From the NCBI GenBank assembly GCA_945907065.1, contig CAMDSC010000006.1, positions 9,111 to 73,110 of the forward strand: DNA of 64,000 nucleotides, written 5' to 3'. Source of the stretch: Chitinophaga pinensis. Its GTDB lineage: Bacteria > Bacteroidota > Bacteroidia > NS11-12g > UBA9320. The translations under genes and the position numbers were made by a program. The notes beneath the pieces were generated by a model that was not told where the DNA came from, made no database searches, and saw nothing but the letters and a program-made list of their open reading frames with translations. Below, in pieces: positions 1 through 10,700 of the stretch. Within the stretch, counting starts at the first letter, position 1, and every line of letters starts with the position of its first letter.

Positions 1-83
1 TGAATAAATGATAAACAATAGGGTAGATTGGTTCAGCCAATGGAAAATCCTTTTGTTTACCGGTAAAGGTAAAAAGGTGTCAC

Positions 84-785
84 TCATTCGTTTGCAAGTG
101 AATCATGTAAAATTGGAACCAGTTCGGATAAATGATGGATTATAAAAGAAGGCAAGTGTATTTGTAACTCCTCTTCACTAAAAGCACCTGTTGTAATACC
201 AATACTGTATTTACATCCTGCATTAAAACCTTCGTTCACATCTACTTCCGTGTCTCCCACTTTTATTACCTTATTAGGATCAATGACTCCAAGATCGTTC
301 ATAATCTTATTAATCATATAAGGATGCGGACGGCCCATGATAACCTCGTCACTGCAAACATATGTATCAATTTTGCCATTTTTTAACCACCCAATTCTGT
401 CAATAATTATATCGGTAATTTCTTTTGAAAATCCAGTGTCTAGACCAATTTTTATGCTTTTAGAATGAAGATATTCAAATAATTCTTCAGCGTATGGCAG
501 TGCTTTAAGTTCCGTGGTGTTTTTATAATATTCAACCATGATGTTTTGAAATCGGCGGTGAATCCTGTTTACATGATTTTCATCAATTAATTCTATATCT
601 TTTTCAAATTCCTCCAATATTTTAAGAATTGCCTCCGGTTTTTTATAACCCATCAGTGGGTTGATCTTTTCAACCGGAACAGTATATCCAAAGTCATGGA
701 ATGCTTTTTGAAAGGATTCAGCGATTTCTCCATTATCCATTACAGTAGTTCCTGCAATGTCAAATACTATTAGTTCTATATTCAT
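84..785 (-). CDS. Phosphonatase-like HAD-superfamily hydrolase (PhnX-like)
   Basis: The N-terminus carries the HAD motif I (FDIAGTTV). The region SFQKAF...PLMGYKK aligns by eye to phosphonoacetaldehyde hydrolase (VILDWAGTTVD...AFRQAF...PMGLGKW), including a Lys at the position of the Schiff-base Lys. C-terminal HAD motifs are present (VGDTEVDVNEGFNAG). Confidence 0.6.
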   Translation of the reverse strand: MNIELIVFDIAGTTVMDNGEIAESFQKAFHDFGYTVPVEKINPLMGYKKPEAILKILEEFEKDIELIDENHVNRIHRRFQNIMVEYYKNTTELKALPYAEELFEYLHSKSIKIGLDTGFSKEITDIIIDRIGWLKNGKIDTYVCSDEVIMGRPHPYMINKIMNDLGVIDPNKVIKVGDTEVDVNEGFNAGCKYSIGITTGAFSEEELQIHLPSFIIHHLSELVPILHDSLANE

Positions 786-791
786 GATTAT

Positions 792-1376
792 TTAGCTTGA
801 TTGATTTTTTGTAAGATGGCTTATCATTAGGTCTTTAAAAATTTTAAGATCACCTATCGCTTTATTGGTTTGTTTTGCCTTTTCATCCCAAATACGGAGT
901 GTAATGTATTGTTCAAACAACTTGTCATTCTCAAATTCAGAGGCTTCTTCCACTGACATTTTACCCCCTTGAAAGACGAGCGTTTTTAAACTTGCTTTCG
1001 ACAATTCTTTTAAATAGGAGGGAAACTTGTATGCGAGATATCTTTTTGCCTCTACATGACTAGCAACCAGTTTCGAAATAGTTTCTGAAAAACCTATACT
1101 TGCCAAATAATTGGCTCCAATACGTTCATGATCGAATACACCAAACCCGTCCATGCTTATTATGCTTTCGTCAGGAAAGGCAAATTCATATAAATGGCCA
1201 ATGTCATGAAAAAAAGCTGCCAAAATTAGCTCCTCATCCGCGTTAGCTTCCATGGCAAGCTCAGCACATTGATACATATGTTCGATTTGGGAAACTGGCT
1301 CACCTATATAATCAGAATCGCCGTACTTTATATATAAGGAGATAATCTCTTCAACTTTGTTTTCTATTGTCATCAT
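792..1376 (-). CDS. HD-domain protein, PhnZ-like (HD metal-dependent oxygenase/phosphohydrolase family found in phosphonate loci)
   Basis: About 190 aa, with an HD motif (FFHDIGHL) and an N-terminal DYIGEPVSQIEHMYQCAELA segment typical of the small HD clade associated with phosphonate catabolism. Its stop overlaps the downstream gene and it sits 6 nt from the HAD gene. Confidence 0.5.
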   Translation of the reverse strand: MMTIENKVEEIISLYIKYGDSDYIGEPVSQIEHMYQCAELAMEANADEELILAAFFHDIGHLYEFAFPDESIISMDGFGVFDHERIGANYLASIGFSETISKLVASHVEAKRYLAYKFPSYLKELSKASLKTLVFQGGKMSVEEASEFENDKLFEQYITLRIWDEKAKQTNKAIGDLKIFKDLMISHLTKNQSS

Positions 1377-3424
1377 TAAAAATTTAATTTTATAGTCAAA
1401 TAAAAATTTCGCCCCATACCATTAATTCCACTTCCATGGGTTCTGTAATCTTTATTAAAAATGTTTTGAATCCCTGGAAAAATGCTCGCTTTTTGGTACC
1501 TGAAACTTCCCGATAAATTAAAAATTTGCCAACCAGGCGTACCTCCAACCGGTATTCTATTATCTTCCTTATCTCCTTGTGCAAGCCTATTCTGATGAAA
1601 AGCAAAAACATATTCTGAATGCAATTGGATTTTTTTATATTGATAACTGACTAAAAATCTTCCATTTAATGGTGGTATTCTTCTTAATGGTTCATTTTTA
1701 GTTAGGTTTTGTCCAAAGCAATAGGAAATATTTCCTGAAAATTTAAAGGATTTATAAAAATAATTGGTAAAAGAAAAGTCTAAACCTTTAAGATAGGATT
1801 CCTGACTGTTTTCTTTTTTGTAAACATTGTAACCCTCAATCTTTTCTCCAACCATTTGTGTCCGGGTGATAAGATCGGAAAGATGCATATAGTAAAAAGA
1901 GATACTAACCAACTCCTTTCTAGTTTGAAGGCGATATCCAACCTCGGTATTAAACGATTTTTCAGGTTTAATTTTATAAGAGGGCACTTCATACCGGAAA
2001 TCTACCAATCCAAGAGTTCCCATATCGTCAATATTGGGTAAACGATATCCTGAACTAAAGGAGGAAAACAGACTTTGCGTTGATGATATTTGAAAGAGAG
2101 CTGCCAAATTAGCAACCATGGATGAAGGATTGATTTGTATTTCCGATGGATTCGAACCTATTTTACCTGTATCGGAAATCAAAAGATTAAATTTATTATA
2201 CCTCAAGCCGGCTTCAATTCTAAATGGGTTCAGTTGAAAATGATGCAGAGTGTACACTGAAAAATTTCCATTCATTGCTAAATCAGGATACAAACCTCTT
2301 TGCAGTAAATGAGTATTTGTCGCTATGCTTATTTGATCTCTAGAACTTCTTACCAAATCATGGTAGAACTCAATTCCTGAATTAGCTAACCAGTTCTTTT
2401 TTAGCTGGGATAAGATATCAATGGTTACTCCATAAGTTAAAATTTGATCCTTTTCAATAAATCGATAATTATTGTTATTTTTAAAATAGCTTCTTGTCTC
2501 ATTATTTTTTTGTGCAGAAACTGTAAAAGTGGTTTTAGTTAATAATTTTCTTTTGCCGGTGTTTTCTAGTCTCGCATAGCTAAGTTGTCGCTTTTGCGGT
2601 TCAAAAAAATAATAATTAAAATTTTCAAGATGAACTTTATGATACAAGGGAACATCTCTTTGTTCAAGATATTGATAAGCTAAAGTTATTATTGAACGAG
2701 AATTTAAAAGGAATTTAAATTTTCCGTTTATGGCATGTTCTTTATAACCCGATGGAGATTGCTTCCCAGTGGTGTCGCCACCATAAAGATCTCCAAACTC
2801 TCGAATAGTGGCACCTATCAAAAAAGCTGTTTTCTTTGTTTGATAAAGCATCTCGGCGTGGCTAGTCCATTCCATTTTTTGCGTAACAGCCTTTAATTGA
2901 ACCTCCGTGTGTAATTTTTTCTTAGCTGAGAAGACAGGTTCTTTAGTAAAGACCTGTATAACCCCTCCAAGTGCATCGGAACCAAATTGAACTGACCCGG
3001 TACCTTTTACGGCTTCAATATGAGATATGGAGTAAACATCAATAGTATTAAAATATTGGTTAGGTCCGTAGCGAAAAATAGAATTATTCATTCTAACCCC
3101 ATCGGTTAAAATGAGTATTTGATTACCTGTTAATCCTCTAATAAAAGGAGAACCTCCGCCATGATTGGTTTTTTGGATAAAGATCCCGCTGCTTCCGGAA
3201 AGTGCATCTGGAGCAGTCCGATATTGGAAATTTTCGATATCTCTTTTATTAAGCGTTACATAGGAATAAGGAATAAATAAAGATTGGGTCTTATTTCTGC
3301 TGGCAGTAACTAAAACTTCCATTAGTTTTATTGTAAAATCAGATGTATCTGCTTGTGAGAAAGCATCTCCATGCAAACCACTGAAAAAAATAACAAGTAA
3401 AAAGATTCGCCATGATTGTAGCAT
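1376..3424 (-). CDS. TonB-dependent outer-membrane receptor
   Basis: Signal peptide, a plug-like N-terminal region, a ~680-aa beta-barrel composition and a C-terminal aromatic residue (…IKLNF). Confidence 0.8.
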   Translation of the reverse strand: MLQSWRIFLLVIFFSGLHGDAFSQADTSDFTIKLMEVLVTASRNKTQSLFIPYSYVTLNKRDIENFQYRTAPDALSGSSGIFIQKTNHGGGSPFIRGLTGNQILILTDGVRMNNSIFRYGPNQYFNTIDVYSISHIEAVKGTGSVQFGSDALGGVIQVFTKEPVFSAKKKLHTEVQLKAVTQKMEWTSHAEMLYQTKKTAFLIGATIREFGDLYGGDTTGKQSPSGYKEHAINGKFKFLLNSRSIITLAYQYLEQRDVPLYHKVHLENFNYYFFEPQKRQLSYARLENTGKRKLLTKTTFTVSAQKNNETRSYFKNNNNYRFIEKDQILTYGVTIDILSQLKKNWLANSGIEFYHDLVRSSRDQISIATNTHLLQRGLYPDLAMNGNFSVYTLHHFQLNPFRIEAGLRYNKFNLLISDTGKIGSNPSEIQINPSSMVANLAALFQISSTQSLFSSFSSGYRLPNIDDMGTLGLVDFRYEVPSYKIKPEKSFNTEVGYRLQTRKELVSISFYYMHLSDLITRTQMVGEKIEGYNVYKKENSQESYLKGLDFSFTNYFYKSFKFSGNISYCFGQNLTKNEPLRRIPPLNGRFLVSYQYKKIQLHSEYVFAFHQNRLAQGDKEDNRIPVGGTPGWQIFNLSGSFRYQKASIFPGIQNIFNKDYRTHGSGINGMGRNFYLTIKLNF

Positions 3425-3430
3425 ATTGAT

Positions 3431-6139
3431 TTAATCTCCCTTGTAATGATTTTGTCTCATAATATCTTCCTGATCCATAGGAGGTCCTTGCATAATTTTA
3501 TGCCAATCTAATTCACGGTTGTATTTTTTCATGGCTTTTTGGGCATCAAAAACCCGAGTGTCATTTGGCTCAAGAGTGAAAGGAATAAAATCAGGTGTTT
3601 CTGTAAAAAAGTCTTGTAAAAGTGTAGCAGTAGCATCGTATTGATTGACATAAGGAATATTTAAAATATTATAAATAGTTTTGAGAATAGAGCCAAAACT
3701 GGCATGTGTATGGCTTACATGTCCTTTTTTTACATATGGACCTGCCATGATTAATATGCTTCTATGCGCATCTATATGATCTACACCTCCTTGAGGATCA
3801 TCTTCCGTAATAATAACTAATGTGTTTTTCCAGTATTTTGTTCTCGATAAAAAATGAAGAATGCGTCCAACAGCCAAATCATTATCGGCAACAAAGGAAT
3901 CTGGAAAATAATATCCATCTTCTGGTCTGGGTCCTGCGGTATGGTCATTTGGCACTTGCATGACAATTAAAGCCGGCATGGTATCTTTTCCTGTCAGCCA
4001 TTTCTCAGTAAATTCATTTTCAAATTGGTTCATTCTGAATTGATCCGGAATGTTGGTATTATAACCCGCGTAATTATGACTGGTTTTATTGAAAAGAGCC
4101 TTTTGCATTGGTACCATAACTCCGTGAGCAGCTCCAGTTGCTGTATCCATGGCCTCTTCCCTCACATGAGCAGTTTCATTGGCTTCACCAAAATTGTAAA
4201 ATGAAATGTTATTTCTTTCTAACGCTTCCCATAATCCGCCAATTTCCGCGTAATCCTCAGGATCCATACTTCCGGTAGAGCCTGGAAACCTTCGGCCGGG
4301 AGCAGATGAAAATAATTTTGCTGTTTTGTCAATACTGGAGTTGGTTTCTACCCATTCATTCGGAATAACTCCAAGCATCCAGTGATGTCCATGGATGGAA
4401 GCATCGCTTTCACAGTAAAAATTGTCGCTGTATGCAAAACTTTTGGCGGCTTTGTGGTGATTGGGTGTCACTTTTAATCCTTGATATTTTATTTTTAAGG
4501 AATCAGGTAGCACGTATTCACAATTGACTCCAAAACGGGCCAAACTGCTATCTCCCTTTCCGTCTTTTAATTGACCAAAAACCTCATCGTAAGTTCTGTT
4601 TTCTTTGGTAATATAAACGATGTGTTTTATAGGGCTGTTTCTCATTCGGGGTAGGAGAGGCAATGGGTTTTTACCATCATCTAAAAGAGTAATGCTTTTA
4701 AAGGTATTGCTCAATGTTTGTGAGGTGTATTTTTTTAATTGCTCATTGGTTGGCATTTTAACTTTTTGGAAACTTCCTAATTGTATATCTCCAATATAAG
4801 TGCCTTGTGGTGGTTTAATAAAGTTTTTTCCTCCATTGGGGCCTGCTCCCAAACCTCTGCATGAAATAATATAAAGTTCATTCTCTGATTTGGATAAAAT
4901 GACCCTGGAGGTACCCCAACCGCTGGGTATTAATCCTTTGGATGTTTTACTTTTAATATCGATAACTGCTAAGGCATTGAATCCTAAAAGGGCCACATAC
5001 AAAGTTTTTTCATCTTGACTTAAAGAAATGCCAAAAGGCAGCAATCCTCTTAATTTATCAATTCGTTGATCTACTCGTATCGGAATATGGGATACAATTC
5101 GATGATTTTTATAATCGATCACAGTTATATTGTCGTTAGTGGCATTGGTAACATAAGCATATTTTTTTCCAACTGCAATGGAATTGGGACTGGAACCGCC
5201 AACTACTTCGGCATTTTCAATCATTTCTCCAATCTGATAACCTGTTTTAAATTTGTCAACTACTTTGTTGGTAACAAGATTAATAGTGTAAACACTCATG
5301 GCTTCAGGTACATTTGGGCTTCCCACTCCAGGGATTTTTCTGCCTTCAATGATGGTTCCATGGATGGACTCCCGAGTATTGTTTCCGTAAGGATGACGAG
5401 AGATTAAGAGTGAATCATAATTTTTTTGATTGGCTCCTTCAATTAGGGGATACGAGTACATGCCCACGTTTGCAACAAAAGCAGTAGTTTTATCAGGACT
5501 CAAAGCTAAACCAAAAGGAAGTCTACCCACAGGAATAGAAGCGGTAATTTTTTTTAGTTTGAGATCATATCTAACCAATCTAAAATTTGCTCGGTCAAGA
5601 ATTAATAATTCATTTTTTGAATCATTCAGCAGTAAATCTGCGGTAAAGCTATCTTCATATTTTATTCCTTCAAACTCACCATTTAAAGAAAAGGTGTCTA
5701 TTTTTTCAAATTTCTCTATGTCGTAAATGATAACTGAACCTTGATCTCCTCCGCTTAAATAAACTGTTTTTGAATCAGGGTGAATGGCGATTCCAAGAAA
5801 AGAACCATGTTGAAGAGGCGATTTTATCTTTCCGTCATAGGATGGAACTCTTACCTGTTTTAGACTTGCAATATCAATAACTGTAAATACCCCATTATGA
5901 AGAGTCACTGCCTTTTTTTCATCAGAAGAAACAGCCATCCCAAAAGGATCATGCGTTATTCGAATAAAATTTCCTGCCGGAGTTAAGAATCTGCCACTAG
6001 CAAGAATTGAAATACCTTTTTCATTTATCCTACAAAAACTGTCTACACCAGGTACCTGCAAAATGGTTACTTTATTTTGGGCAATAGAATTGGAATAGAC
6101 ACTAAATATTAGAAGAGAAATGAGGAATATTTTTTTCAT
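3431..6139 (-). CDS. Secreted fusion protein: N-terminal YVTN/YncE-type beta-propeller and C-terminal phosphoesterase (phospholipase C / acid phosphatase AcpA family)
   Basis: Signal peptide MKKIFLISLLIFSVYSNSIAQ. The N-terminal half has repeated propeller-like blades (GxxxSPDxKxxYV patterns). The C-terminal half contains IKHIVYITKENRTYDEVFG, matching the ENRSFDhyfG signature of the PF04185 phosphoesterases. Confidence 0.6.
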   Translation of the reverse strand: MKKIFLISLLIFSVYSNSIAQNKVTILQVPGVDSFCRINEKGISILASGRFLTPAGNFIRITHDPFGMAVSSDEKKAVTLHNGVFTVIDIASLKQVRVPSYDGKIKSPLQHGSFLGIAIHPDSKTVYLSGGDQGSVIIYDIEKFEKIDTFSLNGEFEGIKYEDSFTADLLLNDSKNELLILDRANFRLVRYDLKLKKITASIPVGRLPFGLALSPDKTTAFVANVGMYSYPLIEGANQKNYDSLLISRHPYGNNTRESIHGTIIEGRKIPGVGSPNVPEAMSVYTINLVTNKVVDKFKTGYQIGEMIENAEVVGGSSPNSIAVGKKYAYVTNATNDNITVIDYKNHRIVSHIPIRVDQRIDKLRGLLPFGISLSQDEKTLYVALLGFNALAVIDIKSKTSKGLIPSGWGTSRVILSKSENELYIISCRGLGAGPNGGKNFIKPPQGTYIGDIQLGSFQKVKMPTNEQLKKYTSQTLSNTFKSITLLDDGKNPLPLLPRMRNSPIKHIVYITKENRTYDEVFGQLKDGKGDSSLARFGVNCEYVLPDSLKIKYQGLKVTPNHHKAAKSFAYSDNFYCESDASIHGHHWMLGVIPNEWVETNSSIDKTAKLFSSAPGRRFPGSTGSMDPEDYAEIGGLWEALERNNISFYNFGEANETAHVREEAMDTATGAAHGVMVPMQKALFNKTSHNYAGYNTNIPDQFRMNQFENEFTEKWLTGKDTMPALIVMQVPNDHTAGPRPEDGYYFPDSFVADNDLAVGRILHFLSRTKYWKNTLVIITEDDPQGGVDHIDAHRSILIMAGPYVKKGHVSHTHASFGSILKTIYNILNIPYVNQYDATATLLQDFFTETPDFIPFTLEPNDTRVFDAQKAMKKYNRELDWHKIMQGPPMDQEDIMRQNHYKGD

Positions 6140-6158
6140 TAATAAGGGTTTCTAATAC

Positions 6159-6189
6159 AAACAGGTAACCTAATTGAGGTTACCTGTTT
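6159..6189 (-). promoter_or_regulatory. Intergenic perfect 12-bp stem-loop between susD-like and the phosphoesterase gene (putative intra-operon attenuator or mRNA-stabilising hairpin)
   Basis: aaacaggtaacc-taattga-ggttacctgttt is a perfect inverted repeat with a 7-nt loop. It sits in the 72-nt gap after the SusD stop, and no strong U-tract follows on the transcribed (minus) strand. Confidence 0.4.
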
Positions 6190-6211
6190 TAAATGAATAT
6201 GACAAGTTTGT

Positions 6212-7768
6212 TTATTTAATAATCCACATTTTTTCATTGATATCATCACTACCAGAAAACTGCGATATAATTGCTGAATTAACATTGACAGCATTAACTG
6301 ATTTTTCGGAAACAGGGTATTGAAATCTCAAAGGAACTCTTTGACTATTTCCTGTACCAGGTCCAACATGGAAAGTTGGTGTTGTAGTTCTTCTCCAGTT
6401 ATAATAAGCTTCAGATCCGCTATTTTGATAAAATGCTAAATATTTTTGAGTTAAAATTTGGGTTAGACCGGCCGCTGAATTTCCGGCGTATTGAATGACT
6501 GGTTGTGCGTAATAGGTATTCCAATCGTAAGAAATGGTAAAGGTATTATAGTCATTAATGGAGCCATTTTTCTTTTGAAAGGTGACAGTATTGTTGCCAT
6601 TTACCAATCCGTAAAAACCGATACTCGACTGAATTCCTTTTTTATACCAATCCTCGGCATCCCCTGTAGTCCATCCGCGATTTATAGCCTCAGCAATATT
6701 AAAACACATTTCAGGATACCCGATTTGAATGATACTTTCTGCTGTGTAAGTTCTGTAATACCTGTTTCTGTTTATATAAGAGTATAATCCTGCCAATGCT
6801 TTGGTAGTCATAGTAGCCAAATCTTCACCACTGCCAGCCCCGTTAAAAGCTTGGAAACTTGTTGGTGAAGCTCCTGCTCTAACCAACGAATCGGCAGGTT
6901 CAGCGACTACGAAGGTTCTTGGGTCTTTATAGCTAACGAGTGTGTTTAAATAAGTACTTGACATATTGTAACGATTTACGTCAAGACCATAGATATCCGG
7001 ATTTGTAGGATATTTATCAAATGAATTTGGTACATAGGCCATATTATCTGTCATGTCTGAAAAAATAGGGTACTTGGAAGAATTGGACAATGTTTCAGTG
7101 AATTTTTGCTTAATGTTTAAATCGGCATCCCCTTCTTGTTTGCTTAGTTGAATAAGCACTCGCAATTTGAAGGTATTAACAGCCTTGCGCCATTTATTTA
7201 AATTATTAGCATAGTAAAAATCACTTGATAATAAATAGCTGCCGTTACTTGTAATGGTGCTTATTTCATTGTTTGATTCTTCAAGCCATACAAGTATTTG
7301 TTTGAAAACTTCCTTTTGACTATCGTACTTTGGCTTGGTGTTATCAATTCCCTTTAAAGCCTCAGATAATGGAATATCTCCAACTTGCATGGTTACATTA
7401 TAATACAAATAGGCACGGAAAAATTTTCCTAAGGCAGTGTATGCATTTGGAGCAGGAATATTTTTTGTGGCTTCCTCTTCCATTTTAAGCACATTGTTCA
7501 ACCATTTAAATGCATCATACGAAACACCTGTCCAACTATATTCCTGATCACCATAATAATTATAATTGCAGCAATAGAACTGATTCCAGCGTTGGGTTGG
7601 ATTAAATGATTTTTGAGTAAAGTCAACCAAAATTCCATTCAAAACTAAATTAGCCGGAACGCTTGTAGCACGGTTCTGATCCATTTCTAATGAATCAAAC
7701 TCTTTTTTACATCCACTCATTGCAAAGATGAAAGTAGAGGTTAATAGAATTATAAATACGTTTTTCAT
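6212..7768 (-). CDS. susD-like: SusD/RagB-family outer-membrane lipoprotein
   Basis: Lipoprotein signal (…FAMSGCKK), ~520 aa, a Trp/Tyr/Asn-rich alpha-helical composition, and a position immediately downstream (19 nt) of a SusC-type receptor. Confidence 0.7.
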   Translation of the reverse strand: MKNVFIILLTSTFIFAMSGCKKEFDSLEMDQNRATSVPANLVLNGILVDFTQKSFNPTQRWNQFYCCNYNYYGDQEYSWTGVSYDAFKWLNNVLKMEEEATKNIPAPNAYTALGKFFRAYLYYNVTMQVGDIPLSEALKGIDNTKPKYDSQKEVFKQILVWLEESNNEISTITSNGSYLLSSDFYYANNLNKWRKAVNTFKLRVLIQLSKQEGDADLNIKQKFTETLSNSSKYPIFSDMTDNMAYVPNSFDKYPTNPDIYGLDVNRYNMSSTYLNTLVSYKDPRTFVVAEPADSLVRAGASPTSFQAFNGAGSGEDLATMTTKALAGLYSYINRNRYYRTYTAESIIQIGYPEMCFNIAEAINRGWTTGDAEDWYKKGIQSSIGFYGLVNGNNTVTFQKKNGSINDYNTFTISYDWNTYYAQPVIQYAGNSAAGLTQILTQKYLAFYQNSGSEAYYNWRRTTTPTFHVGPGTGNSQRVPLRFQYPVSEKSVNAVNVNSAIISQFSGSDDINEKMWIIK

Positions 7769-7787
7769 TTTGTGTTTATTATATTAA

Positions 7788-10700
7788 TTAAAAGGTAAGA
7801 TTTAAATTTATTCCATAGCTCCTCAAAGTAGGAGTTTGAAGGTTTGTACTGCTTTGGTTAGCGAACTGATCCACATCCACATCTTTGAATTTTTTTCCAT
7901 CCTTCAAGAAATAAAGAACATTTCTGGCAACAATAGAAACCGTTGCACCTTGGATAAAACCTTTTTTGGCAATTGAACTTGGTATTTGATAAGTAAGTAC
8001 CACTTCTCTTAATTTTGTATAAGTCTTACTCATCATGTTTGGTTCAGGAATACTGTGAACACGGCTAATATAATCTTGTACATAAGTTTTGGTAGCATTG
8101 TCTGCAAATTGAAGTTCACCATAATTGATAATTTTACCTGTAACTGGATCAAATTTAATGGAAGCACTATTAGATACTTGAACCCCTTCACCTATGTATG
8201 ACTTAATTCCAAGTGCATCCTGATCACGGGAAATGCCGAAATCACCTTCTGTAGTTTCAATGTGTCTTCCTCCTTGGAAGGTTTTTTTCCTTACATAATC
8301 TTCCATTATACCTCCAACACGGCCATCAAATTGAAATCCAAGTGTAAAGCTTTTGTAACCAACCTTATTGTAAACGCTCCATACCCAATCTGGATTTGAA
8401 TGACCAGCCAATTGTGCTACTGGAAGAATAATTGGTCTTCCACCGCCATCATTGATAATTTTACCATCTTCAGTTCTTGCAAATTTTTTAATCCATACTT
8501 CATCTGTTCTGCTGCCAACCTTATAAAAATTGTTTATAGCAGTTAATCCTTCTGGCAATTCCTTGTATGTTTCTTTAAATTTAGACCAGTTAACCATCAC
8601 ATCCCAACTCAATCCTTTACCAACTTTTGATTTTTCAATAATTTTACCAGTAAGGGTTACTTCAAGACCCTTTTTTTCAGTTTTGGTTGCGTTAATAATA
8701 TTATTTGTAAATCCTGAGGCTTGTGAAATTTGTTGTGTAAAAATTTGTGGACCATCGATATATTTAAAGTATGCAAGATCTAGACCTATTCTATTGTTTA
8801 AAAACTTCATATCAATTCCTAATTCTGAATTGGTTCTGTTGTCAGGCTTAATATTTTCGTCTATCAGGTTATTAGAAAAACGAGAAGCAGTAGAATTGTT
8901 ATATCCAATAGAATTGCTGTAAACATCGTTAAATTGATATGAAGGGCCACCATAGGTTGAAGTGTATTGTGAACCATATCCAACAGGGTAAGTATTATTA
9001 GGGGTGACTCCAATTGTATTTGCTACGAATGCCCCTCCACCTCTGCTTTGGGCATAAGAAGCTCTTAACTTCAAAAAGTTTATTACTGAAGGAAGTTTAA
9101 CATAATCTGTAATCACAGTGTTAGCATTTACTGATGGATAAAAGAAGGTGTTGTTATCCTTTTTTAAGGCAGATAATTTATCAACTCTACCAGAGGTATT
9201 CAAGTTTGCATACTTGCCTAATTCAAAATCATAAGAATAGAAAGCACTATTTACTCTCATATCAGAATTGAAGTTATATGCTTTTACAGGATTTCTACTA
9301 TTGGAAAAGCTGTAAACATTTGGAACGTTCAAATAGTCAGTTTTAACAAAGCTTGAAGCATATGAAAACAACCTTATATTTCCACCAATCAAACCGCTTA
9401 CTTTTATAAAATTTGCAATTTTAGGGGCATTCATTCTCAATATTCCATCAGTGTTATTTTCGAATAAGGAGCGTTTGTCCTCAATATAGTCGCCTTGATT
9501 TTCCTCACGTCCATAAGGATGGGCTGAGAATGGCATTTTTTCAGTTCTTGTTAAATCATAAGTTGAAATAGAAGTTCTTCCCATAAAATCAAAATAGTTG
9601 TTGAATTTGTAAGTAAGAGAAGTGTATCCATAGATATCATTTTTATGATGGCCTCTTAACCATTCGTAGCTCATAAAGTATGGATTGTGATACCGCTGAT
9701 ATTCTTCATACTTGCTTTGAACTCCTTCTTTGCCAGGTTGCCAATAATCTTCCATATCGCGGATGTCCCAATCGGCACCTCCCCATATGGTAATGTTGTA
9801 AATTACACTGTTTGGACCATAATTTACATCTGGAATATTATCCGTAAATTGTTTGTTGAAATTAAGATTTGCATCCAACTTAAGTTTTTTAGTCATCTTC
9901 AAGGATGATGATAAATTAAAGTTAATCGTTTTTAAATCCGTATTTGGAATAATGCCCCTTTGATAGTTATTCGAAACCGAGAAACGCAAATCATGCTTTT
10001 CTCCGCTTGAAGATATTGCAATGCTATTATTGGTTAAAATACCGGTTTGGATAAATCGCTCTAAGTTATCTTTACCTCTTGCAGTCCAAGGTGTTGGTGT
10101 TCTTTTTCCAGTAATAGGATCAACAGGACTATCGTATTGTGGTAAAAGGCGTCCATCAAATTTTGGACCCCAAATATCATAATCTCCATCATTAACTCCT
10201 GCTCCTTTTCCGTCTACGAATTCGTATTTTCCATGATCCCCAGGTCCATATAAATCTTGAGTTCTTGGCAAAGCAATAAATCCTTTTTGAAACATTGTGC
10301 TACTGTTATATTCAACTGCAAAACCACGTTTATTTTTGCTTCCTTTTTTTGTATTTATTATAATAGCACCGTTTTGACCGCGGTATCCATACAAAGCTGA
10401 AGCAACAGGGCCTTTTAAAATGGTATAGCTTTCAATATCATCACCATTTATGTTCCAAGTATCAGAATTAATTGGCACACCATCCACTACATATAAATAT
10501 ATGGGATTACCTCTCATAAGTACCTGAGGATTGCCCAATAACTCGGCTGAAGCGCCAACAGTTAATCCGGCAACTTTACCTGTTAATGTGGTAAAGGGGT
10601 TTGGATCTCTGGCTTTAACTAAATCTTCTCCTTGCACTTCCTGTGTGGCATAACTGATATATTTCTTATCTTTTTTAACCCCTAAGGCTGTTATCACCAA

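Noticed and set aside
1396-2041. Small ORFs (71, 70 and 61 aa) inside or antisense to the TonB-dependent receptor gene
   Set aside because: They are fully contained in a strongly supported 682-aa receptor ORF, show no motifs and have compositions typical of out-of-frame or antisense translation.
5066-5726. Plus-strand ORFs of 113 and 98 aa within the propeller/phosphoesterase gene
   Set aside because: They are antisense to a well-supported long CDS, have low-complexity sequence and show no independent signals.
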